Shown here piece after piece: positions 1 to 8,167 of a DNA stretch of 24,000 bases (position 1 is its first letter; each line of letters starts with the position of its first letter). A program made the position numbers and the translations under genes. Below the pieces are notes generated by a model. The model was not told the DNA's origin and did no database searches. It worked only from the letters and a program-made list of their open reading frames with translations. This DNA comes from an uncultured Granulosicoccaceae bacterium (lineage in GTDB: Bacteria; Pseudomonadota; Gammaproteobacteria; Granulosicoccales; Granulosicoccaceae). The stretch spans positions 32,895-56,894 of the forward strand of contig CAYPCS010000017.1 in assembly GCA_964409275.1 (NCBI GenBank). The letters run 5' to 3'.

Positions 1-1
1 C

Positions 2-895
2 GCAAGTGCTGCCGCGCGCCGGGCAGAGAAGAGCGCCCGCAAGTATCGTGATGGTCTGGTGACTGCGAAGAAATCCAAAGACGATACTTCCGGTGCGTCT
101 GGCAAGAAAATCGAGGAACTCGACAAGCAGTTGGCGATTGAAGCCAACGAGAAATCCCGCCTTGCCGCCGAACTTGGAAAAAAGGAAAAAGAACTCGCTG
201 CAGCGTTGTCAGATCTTAAGGAAATGAAAACCGAGGGCAAGCTCGCCTCAATGGAGACTAAAAATCTGGAGAAACGGGCAGACAAACTCGACAGTGCTTA
301 CGCGGCAATGAAAAAAGATCTGGAAAAAGCCACCGAGTCAGCACGCCAGAACCTCGACTCAGCCAAACGTGCCGAACAGGAAAGCGCCGAACTCAAAAAG
401 GCATTGACTGCAAGCGAGAAAGAGCTTGGCTTATTGACGGGTAAACTTCCAACGCTGGAATCTGATTTGCGCAACAGAGAGAAAAACGAAACTCGCCTGG
501 AACGCGAGATCGCTGATCTTAAATCGAAACTTGCTGCGGTCAACGGTTCTATCTCCGGACTGGAGAAAGACCTGGCAGCGCGCGATGCAGCCAACGACAA
601 GCTTGATGCCGCTGCCAACGATTTACAGGCGCAACTTTCTGACTATCAATCACAGGAAGCCGAACTGATGCTTCGCATCAAAGAGCTGGAAACATTGCTA
701 ACCAACGCACGCAAAGACGCTGGCAAGAATCTGCTCTCCCGAATCATGGAACTCGAGGCAATGCTGGAAGCCGAACGTGTCAAAGCGGATGAGTTTCGCA
801 CCATGATAGGTTTGGCAGATGCAGCTGTATCTACTACTTCTATCAAGAAGGTCGCAGCCAACTCTGAAATCGGCAAGAATAAGAAGACCAGCTAG
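2..895 (+). CDS. Coiled-coil protein of unknown function, probably 5'-truncated by the window edge
   Basis: The reading frame is open from base 2, with no stop before the first in-frame start (GTG at 59). The product is rich in Ala/Glu/Lys/Leu, has no Cys or Trp and almost no Pro, and shows heptad-like spacing of hydrophobic residues throughout. A strong terminator follows. Confidence 0.6.
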   Translation, partial: ASAAARRAEKSARKYRDGLVTAKKSKDDTSGASGKKIEELDKQLAIEANEKSRLAAELGKKEKELAAALSDLKEMKTEGKLASMETKNLEKRADKLDSAYAAMKKDLEKATESARQNLDSAKRAEQESAELKKALTASEKELGLLTGKLPTLESDLRNREKNETRLEREIADLKSKLAAVNGSISGLEKDLAARDAANDKLDAAANDLQAQLSDYQSQEAELMLRIKELETLLTNARKDAGKNLLSRIMELEAMLEAERVKADEFRTMIGLADAAVSTTSIKKVAANSEIGKNKKTS

Positions 896-933
896 TCACG
901 TAACAGCTATGGCAGACGCTGCCGCGCACAATC

Positions 934-962
934 AAACCGCTCTATTCGAGCGGTTTTTTTTT
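934..962 (+). terminator. Rho-independent terminator, possibly bidirectional
   Basis: Stem ACCGCTC (936-942) pairs with GAGCGGT (948-954) around the loop TATTC, followed by a run of 9 T. An AAA tract 5' of the stem could let it also act on the minus strand for the convergent gene ending at 1015. Confidence 0.75.
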
Positions 963-1014
963 GCGGGCTAAAGTCTGTTCCGGAGAGGCGATGTGGCCGA
1001 CAATCTATATTCTT

Positions 1015-1509
1015 TCAACGCTTTGAAACTTGAAGTAAGTTGTCTATTTCTTCATGAATACCCGTAAACTCCGTTACCCGCTGCTTTACTTTCACTGCAA
1101 AAGTTTCAAGACGACAGCTATCACGCCCCTGCAAAAGAGTCAGTGGCCCGTAGTCCAGCCGAATATTCGGCCAGGCGGAGACGCGATCTTGCACAAGCTC
1201 GCGGAAATCGTTGGCGAATTTTTTTGAAGTCAGGCGGTAACCCGGTAACTTTCGCAGTTGTTTTGAGTGAATGTTGTAGGCAAATTCCTGCTTATCCAGC
1301 AACTCAGGTGTAACCCAGACACTGAAGAAAATACCAACCGTTGATTTACGCTGCGGATCAAAGCGGTTGGTCCAGTTATTTTTCGCAACGTAAAGCACAG
1401 CTTCTTCATCGCCGTAAGGCAGTTGCCTGCACACCAGGCCATGCTTGTTGTGGAGCGTAGATGCATGTTGATGTTCAAATTGCTTAAGTATCTTGCGATA
1501 TTTCTCCAT
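1015..1509 (-). CDS. Hypothetical protein, 164 aa, no family recognised
   Basis: Clean ORF with an AGAGGA Shine-Dalgarno about 9 nt upstream of the ATG at 1509. It starts 37 nt downstream of the ackA-pduL stop with no intervening hairpin, so it is probably co-transcribed. Confidence 0.65.
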   Translation of the reverse strand: MEKYRKILKQFEHQHASTLHNKHGLVCRQLPYGDEEAVLYVAKNNWTNRFDPQRKSTVGIFFSVWVTPELLDKQEFAYNIHSKQLRKLPGYRLTSKKFANDFRELVQDRVSAWPNIRLDYGPLTLLQGRDSCRLETFAVKVKQRVTEFTGIHEEIDNLLQVSKR

Positions 1510-1546
1510 GGAATTTATTCCTCTGCTTCTCCTGGTTATCGCTCAA

Positions 1547-3316
1547 TCAGGATCTTGAACTGCGCAACAGGGCGGTGCCGGTTTGCACGGTGTCGTAGAC
1601 CAGTTCGGCATCTGCACCATTACTAAGCTCGGCAGCATTAGCCTCATCGGTATCGATGTGCATTTCAAGCTTGTATTTTTCACTGACACGCACCAGCACA
1701 TCACCGAACGCCAGATCCCTCGGTCCTCCAGTGATCGCCACTTCAACCACCTCTTTATCGGCAACACCAAATTCGGCGGCGTCATCCGGATGCATATGGA
1801 TATGCCGTCGCGCACAGATCAACCCTTGCTTCAGGTGTACTGTGCCCGCTGGACCTTCCAGGGTGACAGGAGCCGATTCTTCCACGCTACCGGAATCTCT
1901 GATTGGCGCATCTACGCCTAGTTTAAACTCGTCCGTTCTGGCAATTTCAATCTGATCAACTCGTCGCAACGGCCCCAGTAACCGCACCCCGTCGATACGA
2001 TTACGCGGCCCGATCAAATTCACTTTTTCCGCACAGGCGTACTGGCCTGGCTGAGAGATATCCCGCTCTTTGGTCGGCGTGGCATCAGCGCCGAACAAGG
2101 CCTTGAAAGTTTCTTCTGTTAAATGCAGGTGCCGGGCGCTGACGGCAACGGGAATAGACTTGTTTGATTTAATCAGATGAGTTTGCCCGGCAATGCGTTG
2201 AGTCTGGCGGGCTATCATGTATTCCTCGTCGGTTTTTACCACTACCACCTTCACCCGGGAATGTTCTTCACTCACCACACAGGCATTGCGTTCAGGCGAA
2301 ACACTGGCGCTACGATTTATGTCTTCATCCAGCCTGAGACCCAGAAACTCAAGTCGTTGCAAAATGCGTCGTCTCATTGTTGCGCTGTTCTGACCAATTC
2401 CACCGGTGAAAACCACCGCGTCAACACCACCCATGACCGCCGCATAAGCGCCTATATATTTGCGTACCCGGTGAGCAAATACATTGATAGCCAGTTGCGA
2501 TTGTTCGTCGCCCTCTTCCGCATGTTTTTCCAGTTCTCGCAGATCATTACTTCGGCCAGACAATCCTTTCAGGCCGCTTTGACGATTGAGCAACTCATCT
2601 ACCTGCTCGATAGTGAACTCCCTGCTTCGCAACAGAGACAGCAATGCGCCCGCATCAAAATCACCAGCGCGTGTGCCCATAACCAATCCTTCAAGCGGCG
2701 TCATGCCCATGCTGGTCTCAGTTGAATACCCATACTCGACAGCACAGGCGCTGGCACCGTTTCCAAGATGCAGTGTGATGATTCTTAAATCGGTAAGCGG
2801 CGTGTCAAGAGCTTTTGCAGCAACACCAGCCACATATTGATGGGACGTGCCGTGAAATCCGAATCGCCGGATGCGGTGTTTTTCAGCGACCTTTGAATCT
2901 ATCGCATAGTGACGTGCGCGACGGGGCAATCGAGCATGGAAAGCAGTATCGAAAACGGCAACATGTGGAAGATCGGGCCAGATAGACTTTCCAATCCGGA
3001 TACCGGTCAGATTAAACGGATTGTGCAACGGAGCATCGGCTGAGCAGTTGTCTATTTCCGCGATCACCGTATCGTCGATTAGCACCGCGTCTACATAGCG
3101 CTCACCCCCGTGAACCACTCGATGACCCAACGCGTCTACCCCGAGGTGCTGACACTCGGCTACTATTATTTTTATGGCCTCTTCGTGGCTGGCACATTCA
3201 CCACCGGGTTCAGCTATCTTGTCGATCTTGCCAGCTACTGCACGCTCATCAGTATCCGGATCAATCAGCTGATATTTAACGCTTGATGAGCCACAGTTAA
3301 TTACCAATATCCGCAT
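1547..3316 (-). CDS. ackA: Acetate kinase fused to a PduL-type phosphate acyltransferase (bifunctional Ack/PduL)
   Basis: The N-terminal ~385 aa carry AckA signatures: MRILVINCGSSSVKYQL, RFGFHGTSH and VFTGGIGQNS. The C-terminal 202 aa (nt 1550-2155) carry the duplicated PduL signature: VSARHLHLTEE...LGVDAPIRDSG and ICARRHIHMHPDD...EMHIDTDEANA. Start chosen at ATG 3316 (GAGGG SD 9 nt upstream) rather than the GTG at 3349. Confidence 0.85.
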   Translation of the reverse strand: MRILVINCGSSSVKYQLIDPDTDERAVAGKIDKIAEPGGECASHEEAIKIIVAECQHLGVDALGHRVVHGGERYVDAVLIDDTVIAEIDNCSADAPLHNPFNLTGIRIGKSIWPDLPHVAVFDTAFHARLPRRARHYAIDSKVAEKHRIRRFGFHGTSHQYVAGVAAKALDTPLTDLRIITLHLGNGASACAVEYGYSTETSMGMTPLEGLVMGTRAGDFDAGALLSLLRSREFTIEQVDELLNRQSGLKGLSGRSNDLRELEKHAEEGDEQSQLAINVFAHRVRKYIGAYAAVMGGVDAVVFTGGIGQNSATMRRRILQRLEFLGLRLDEDINRSASVSPERNACVVSEEHSRVKVVVVKTDEEYMIARQTQRIAGQTHLIKSNKSIPVAVSARHLHLTEETFKALFGADATPTKERDISQPGQYACAEKVNLIGPRNRIDGVRLLGPLRRVDQIEIARTDEFKLGVDAPIRDSGSVEESAPVTLEGPAGTVHLKQGLICARRHIHMHPDDAAEFGVADKEVVEVAITGGPRDLAFGDVLVRVSEKYKLEMHIDTDEANAAELSNGADAELVYDTVQTGTALLRSSRS

Positions 3317-3392
3317 GGTTCGCCTACCCTCAAAATTCTGATGGTACACGGTTCCGACATCGTCTACCTCTGTCGGGGAAAACGAAGAGCAG

Positions 3393-3422
3393 AAAAAAGG
3401 CAGGGGAAACCTGCCTTTTTTA
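3393..3422 (-). terminator. Rho-independent terminator after the beta-propeller gene
   Basis: GGCAGG (3399-3404) pairs with CCTGCC (3410-3415) around a GGAAA loop. It is flanked by an A-run on one side and a T-run on the other, so on the minus strand the stem is followed by a U-run. It lies 20 nt after the stop at 3442. Confidence 0.7.
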
Positions 3423-3441
3423 TTAGCTCAACACCAAAGAA

Positions 3442-5697
3442 CTATTCAGTCGAGGACTGGGGTGCTGCTTCGCCCCACTCACCGTATTGCAATGCACCGT
3501 TATGGATAACGTAAAGGCCTCCATCTGCGCCGATCACTGCCCGATCACTGGAAATCGACACTGGCGAGTACTGGTGACCCGCAGTCCGACTTTCAAAGGT
3601 CCAGTCCGGCACTTCCACAAACGAGGTCGATGCAGGGTCGACTTCCATGGTCAGCAATCCATTAGAGGTCCAGTCCGAAAAGTCCCAGGGATTTGAGGAC
3701 CGGCGAGATTCATTGTGCAATTGCAATGGCACAGCCAGCCGCGCATTGCGATTAGCTGTACCACTGAGCCATGCAAAAGAATGATGCTGGAAAAGAGCCG
3801 GAGTCTCGGTACCGCGCTTCCCGATAACCTTGCTATCGGCAACGAAGGGTTGCGCAGGATCAGATACATCAAACAGCGCAAGTTTCAGCCCCTGATACCA
3901 GGCACCCCGACCATCACCCCAGGCACTGCCGTTGTCCGCAACAGCATCTTTTCCAAGACCAATAAGCAAAGACTCGTTGACCGGATGCAAATATTCCGAG
4001 TAACCCGGCAGTTCAAGTTCCCCTGCAATTGCAGGGTCATAGGGATTAGACAAATCGAGGACATAGAGAGGATCGATAACACGAAAGGTCACAAGATAAG
4101 CCCGATCACCAACAAACCGGCTTGCGTAAAGCCGCTCACCTGGTTTGCCAATATGATCCGGGCGGCTACTATTCGGTAGCGTTGACAAAGTTTCCAGGCG
4201 TTCGCCACCGCTTTCTGCAAGTACAGACAGCGTTACCGGCGAGCCCGACTGATTCTCGTTAAAAGACACAATGCGTAAGTTGCCGTCTTTTTCACTCATC
4301 CGGAATGGCTTGCGATCCGCATACCAGCCAAGATGACCATTAACCGAGCCGCTGCCTTTGAATTCGGCTGTGCCACCAGGGGTAAAGCCAAACTTGTGTA
4401 CGTCTGTGGTAATTTCAGGTTCGATGTAATCAACGGTCAGACGATTAAAATCGTCGGTACTGAAGTTGTAGTTATATTCAGTAGTAGCCAGGTAGAGCGA
4501 TTCTTGTGAAACATAAACTGTTTCACTCTCACCCATAAAACAGGTGCTGTTAAGCCTGGTATTCTGGCTGTTCAGGTCGATAGTAATAATCGATATCACA
4601 CTGGGATTCGGGTAGGGCTGCAACCTTCGATCACTTTCGTCATTCGGGTTCGCCACACTACTACGATAGCAACGATTATCGCTGATCACCGCCTGTGCGG
4701 ACGTAGCGTTGTTTTGAGTTAAACGATATTGTGGCAACAGACTCGAGGCGTCTGCATTAGCGATCAGGTCGCGGTTATGCTCCGCATCGTCGTTAGTAGC
4801 CGGATAGTCAATCAAGCCATTAATTCGCGGGTGATAGCGAGTAACGAGTATCAATTGGTTGTTTATCTTGCGGCTCGATATGAGTTGTCCGTCGATGTCC
4901 ATAGTGCTCTTTATGGCAAGCTCCTGCGGATTCGATACGTCTATCCAGCTAACTTGCGTTTGCAATCCTGCCCAGACAGACGTTGATCGCCAGTTTTGCC
5001 AACTGTTAAACGCCGGATTCGAAAGCAAAACCAGTTGGCTGCTGGCTGCATTTTTATGCAGGTACATACCCTGTGGTGTGCCATTGAGCGCGTCCAGTCT
5101 AAGCCGCGATAAAAGCCCGGAGCTGTTTTTTGCCAGCCTGTAGGCACTCAGTGTCTCGACCGGCTGCCTGTCAGGCACAGACAGATCTGAGATAGCAAAG
5201 GGCGGAAAGATTCCGGGATAATTTGTGTCAGGCATTTCCAGCGCAAACAACACATCACCATCAATTTTTATGCGATCCGATTCATCCACACCGGCTTCCT
5301 GGACATTGGTATCGCTAAATCGACCACTGTCTGCGACGGACTCGCTGACCGCAACGTCGGCGTCGACCTGGCTTGTGAGCACTAAAGGGAAATCACCCTC
5401 ACGTACGGAGTCGTTACCTGCAATTGTGGTATAGAATCCGAACAGCGAGTCACGAATAAGATCATCCGCGTTATCCGCTGCCAGCGTCGTGCGTACCGGC
5501 TGACCAGTGTTGTTTGAACCATTGTTATCAACGCCACCTGTACCACCGACATCGGGGGTTTGCACCAACGTCGAGCTATCACATCCATTTAATACCAGCG
5601 CCGATGCCAGCAGAACAACACTGCACACCACCGATGAATTTACCTGTTGTTTGACAGGCTGTATTCTGCAATTTAATTTCATTTGGGCTTCCTTCAT
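3442..5697 (-). CDS. Secreted lipoprotein with a C-terminal beta-propeller domain (COG4880 / Pfam Beta_propel-like)
   Basis: Signal peptide with lipobox (LLASALVLNGC). The C-terminal region (...YVLDLSNPYDPAIAGELELPGYSEYLHPVNESLLIGLGKD...) matches my recollection of the PF09826 core motif. The alternative start ATG 5682 (MKLN...) has an AAGGAAG SD. ATG 5697 has a GAGG SD 7 nt upstream. Confidence 0.75.
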   Translation of the reverse strand: MKEAQMKLNCRIQPVKQQVNSSVVCSVVLLASALVLNGCDSSTLVQTPDVGGTGGVDNNGSNNTGQPVRTTLAADNADDLIRDSLFGFYTTIAGNDSVREGDFPLVLTSQVDADVAVSESVADSGRFSDTNVQEAGVDESDRIKIDGDVLFALEMPDTNYPGIFPPFAISDLSVPDRQPVETLSAYRLAKNSSGLLSRLRLDALNGTPQGMYLHKNAASSQLVLLSNPAFNSWQNWRSTSVWAGLQTQVSWIDVSNPQELAIKSTMDIDGQLISSRKINNQLILVTRYHPRINGLIDYPATNDDAEHNRDLIANADASSLLPQYRLTQNNATSAQAVISDNRCYRSSVANPNDESDRRLQPYPNPSVISIITIDLNSQNTRLNSTCFMGESETVYVSQESLYLATTEYNYNFSTDDFNRLTVDYIEPEITTDVHKFGFTPGGTAEFKGSGSVNGHLGWYADRKPFRMSEKDGNLRIVSFNENQSGSPVTLSVLAESGGERLETLSTLPNSSRPDHIGKPGERLYASRFVGDRAYLVTFRVIDPLYVLDLSNPYDPAIAGELELPGYSEYLHPVNESLLIGLGKDAVADNGSAWGDGRGAWYQGLKLALFDVSDPAQPFVADSKVIGKRGTETPALFQHHSFAWLSGTANRNARLAVPLQLHNESRRSSNPWDFSDWTSNGLLTMEVDPASTSFVEVPDWTFESRTAGHQYSPVSISSDRAVIGADGGLYVIHNGALQYGEWGEAAPQSSTE

Positions 5698-5777
5698 TTA
5701 CTTGCCTCATCCCGGCTGTATTGGCAGTTTCAGAGTCAACTACGCAAAAATCAGACTGATTGGACAAGATGATTTGC

Positions 5778-5805
5778 ATATTTTGGGATATTTTTCCCAA
5801 AATAT
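5778..5805. promoter_or_regulatory. Operator-like perfect palindrome A (ATATTTTGGGA-N6-TCCCAAAATAT)
   Basis: Perfect 11-bp inverted arms (5778-5788 and 5795-5805) with a 6-bp AT spacer, inside the AT-rich divergent intergenic region 5698-5894. Confidence 0.45.
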
Positions 5806-5845
5806 AACCTGTATTTTTTAATCGTCAAGTCGAAATGATTATTTT

Positions 5846-5861
5846 TGGGATTTTTATCCCA
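5846..5861. promoter_or_regulatory. Operator-like palindrome B (TGGGA-N6-TCCCA)
   Basis: It has the same TGGGA-N6-TCCCA core and the same TTTTGGGA left flank as palindrome A. The centres are 62 bp apart. A third TCCCA half-site (5891-5895) overlaps the ATG at 5895. Confidence 0.4.
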
Positions 5862-5894
5862 TCTTATGTCGCCAAACGATGTATTATTTATCCC

Positions 5895-6749
5895 ATGACA
5901 GGCAGCACCCCTAATTCGCTTACCAATGCGTTGCGTAAAGTTCTGAGGCCACTGGTCCGGTTGCTGTTACGCAACGGCGTGGCGTATGCAGATTTCGTAC
6001 TGCTGGCGCGTCAAACCTTCGTCGAGGTCGCCTCTGAAGACTTCGATTTACCTGGTCGAAAACAGTCCATTTCACGTATCGCCGTACTTACCGGCATCAA
6101 CCGAAAAGAGGTGAAACGCCTCCTCGATGAACACAGCGAGCCAGTCACGCCCACGGAAAACAATCGAGCGGCCAGAGTGGTCAGTGGCTGGATGAGGGAT
6201 AGCGAATTTCATGACAGCAAAGGCGCCCCGTTATCACTTCATTGGGGGGATCCGTCTGCTACACACAGCTTCGAGCAACTGGTAAAGCGTTACAGCGGCG
6301 ATATGCCCGCCCGATCAATACTGGATGAGCTGGTGCGTGTCGGGGCTGCCAGGCTAACTGACGATAGCGAAATCAGATTAACCGCCACCGGTTATGTTCC
6401 CGCCACCAGCAACGAAGAATTACTGCAACTCTCCGGCGACGCCGTGAGCGACTTACTCTCGACCATTGACCATAATTTATCCGACGATAAAACTTCCACT
6501 CGCTTGCAACTGAGTGTTGCCTACGATGATGTTCCCGAACAGGGTGTAGAGCTTTTCCGCGGTTTGAGCAAGGAAAAGTCACTTGAACTGCTAACCTGCC
6601 TGGACCGGTTTCTTGCCACTCAGGATCGCTCTGTAAATCCTTCAGTATCTGGCGAGGGACGTTATCGCACTGGTATTGGCATCTACTATTTTGAAGAAAC
6701 TTTTGATGAACGCATAGCTGATGAAGATGTGGAACCCGGTGAACATTAA
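5895..6749 (+). CDS. Hypothetical protein with an N-terminal HTH-like segment (possibly DUF6502-like)
   Basis: Long ORF. The segment KQSISRIAVLTGINRKEVKRLL looks like a helix-turn-helix. Start placed at ATG 5895 because the upstream ATG 5835 would put palindrome B inside the coding sequence. Neither start has a convincing SD, so the start is uncertain. The family name is recalled from memory, not verified. Confidence 0.6.
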   Translation: MTGSTPNSLTNALRKVLRPLVRLLLRNGVAYADFVLLARQTFVEVASEDFDLPGRKQSISRIAVLTGINRKEVKRLLDEHSEPVTPTENNRAARVVSGWMRDSEFHDSKGAPLSLHWGDPSATHSFEQLVKRYSGDMPARSILDELVRVGAARLTDDSEIRLTATGYVPATSNEELLQLSGDAVSDLLSTIDHNLSDDKTSTRLQLSVAYDDVPEQGVELFRGLSKEKSLELLTCLDRFLATQDRSVNPSVSGEGRYRTGIGIYYFEETFDERIADEDVEPGEH

Positions 6750-8106
6750 ATTGCTCGGCAGAACAGTCGCATTGCGTGTACTGGCAGGCATCGCTTGTCT
6801 GTTGATCTACGGATGCGGTGGTGGAATTTCGGGCACAGGCGACGGCGGTGTGGTTGCTACCATCGAGACGGACACCGGCAGCACAGATGGGACTACTACC
6901 AACTTCCCGAATGATGTCCGGCCCGAAGATACACAGATTTACAACTTGCAAACACTGCCAACCCGTTTGAGTTTCTCCATCGCCGAGGCATTCATCAATC
7001 CCGCGACATCTCCACGGAATTCTTTGCCGGTACCTGCCAACCTTGCGGCGGTAGACACAGCGTTGCAAGTCCCGCTACAGTCGCTTGCCCTTGAAATTAT
7101 CGCCATTCAGGTTGATCTGGTGCTCATCGAGCACACTATTTCTTCCGCGCTGGTTTCCTGTTCAGGCACTGCCACCTGCGGCAACTTGCCAACTAACATC
7201 ACCTCCGAATTCACCAGCGAGGTCGCTGATTTTGAAGCATCTATTACAACAACAGGTGTTGGCGGATCTCGGACGAGAGGGACACTAGTTGAATTTCGCG
7301 ATATTCTGTATCAACCGGAAACCAGTGGCTTTTTTGACGAACGATTTACCTACACTCGCGACGACGGCACACAGGTAGTCCTGCAATGGACTGACGGTGA
7401 AGGGACCGTATCGCTGTTCAGTGAGTCTGACAACGCCACCGTCTATGCACTGCTGCAGCACGATCAATCCCCTCGGCGTATGGTGGTACGTCGTACCGAC
7501 AACACTTCACCCGGCGTGTTGCAAGCGGTTCTGCTGTCCGACCTGCCTGGTGACAACGCCGATCAGCACTCCACAACCTTCATCGAAGCAGATCTGCACA
7601 CACCGTTCAGCCAACACTATATCAGGGGCTTTGCTGACGGCACTTTCACCACACTGTTTTCGCAGCATCCAACTGATTTAAATCAACCGGTTTACCGACA
7701 AACAAGCTCGGCAGCAGACACCACTCTTACTATTGACGCTTGTATCCTGCGGACTGAAAACCTGATCAATTGTCTTGAATGGCAAACCGGTTTTTCGAAC
7801 GCACCACTTGCCAGTTCGCAACCCGCACTGCAATTCGAAGCGTTTGAAAACCGGTTCGGGGATTTTGCTTCCACCGCCACCGACAACCCTGGCAGCGCGC
7901 CCGCTGCTCCCGGAGTTTCCGAATTTGTCGCAGCGACTAACGCGTCTGGTGTATCACCTGCTGCCGAGGCACTTGCCTGCGGTGGCCAGCGTTTGCACGG
8001 GCTTGAACGCAACTTCTGCTGGCAACCGTTGCCGCTACCAGAACCGGTCACTATATTTGAAGAAATAATTCAAACGGATTCTATCCGCTACTTGAGATTG
8101 CCATAG
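6721..8106 (+). CDS. Orphan lipoprotein, 461 aa, no domain recognised
   Basis: N-terminal signal peptide with lipobox (LLIYGCGGG) followed by a Gly/Thr/Asp-rich linker. It overlaps the upstream gene by 29 nt (alternative starts ATG 6727, GTG 6739), implying co-translation. Confidence 0.7.
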   Translation: MKMWNPVNIKLLGRTVALRVLAGIACLLIYGCGGGISGTGDGGVVATIETDTGSTDGTTTNFPNDVRPEDTQIYNLQTLPTRLSFSIAEAFINPATSPRNSLPVPANLAAVDTALQVPLQSLALEIIAIQVDLVLIEHTISSALVSCSGTATCGNLPTNITSEFTSEVADFEASITTTGVGGSRTRGTLVEFRDILYQPETSGFFDERFTYTRDDGTQVVLQWTDGEGTVSLFSESDNATVYALLQHDQSPRRMVVRRTDNTSPGVLQAVLLSDLPGDNADQHSTTFIEADLHTPFSQHYIRGFADGTFTTLFSQHPTDLNQPVYRQTSSAADTTLTIDACILRTENLINCLEWQTGFSNAPLASSQPALQFEAFENRFGDFASTATDNPGSAPAAPGVSEFVAATNASGVSPAAEALACGGQRLHGLERNFCWQPLPLPEPVTIFEEIIQTDSIRYLRLP

Positions 8107-8167
8107 TTATTCGGGACCGTAGTTTGGGCTCTGGTGCTGAACACAACCAGAAATACTCTCGATACCT

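Noticed and set aside
298-876. ORFs 298-618(-) and 646-876(-), antisense to the coiled-coil gene.
   Set aside because: They are Ser/Ala/Arg-rich mirror-frame products of a biased coiled-coil coding sequence. They have no SD and are fully embedded in a better ORF.
2177-2840. ORFs 2177-2725(+) and 2586-2840(+), antisense to ackA.
   Set aside because: They are embedded in a CDS with unmistakable AckA motifs on the other strand, and their own composition is low-complexity and unnatural.
1547-3316. A PduL domain as a marker of a bacterial microcompartment locus.
   Set aside because: No BMC shell (BMC-H/T/P), signature enzyme or aldehyde dehydrogenase ORFs lie anywhere in the window. The PduL domain is fused to AckA instead.
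3352-3376. Inverted repeat CCGACA-N11-TGTCGG upstream of ackA-pduL as a possible operator.
   Set aside because: It has only 6-bp arms, occurs once, and I could not anchor it to a promoter. It is too weak to report as a feature.
5835-5894. The ORF-track start at ATG 5835 for the HTH-like gene (adds MIIFGIFIPSYVAKRCIIYP).
   Set aside because: The extension is encoded by the AT-rich operator-like palindrome B and looks non-protein-like, so ATG 5895 is preferred. This is not proven, because neither start has a clear SD.
6373-7068. A 231-aa ORF on the minus strand spanning the junction of the two + strand genes.
   Set aside because: Its composition is rich in Arg, Cys and Gln (including RSRRRRR), which is typical of antisense frames. 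It has no signal of its own and conflicts with two coupled lipoprotein/HTH ORFs that have sensible features.
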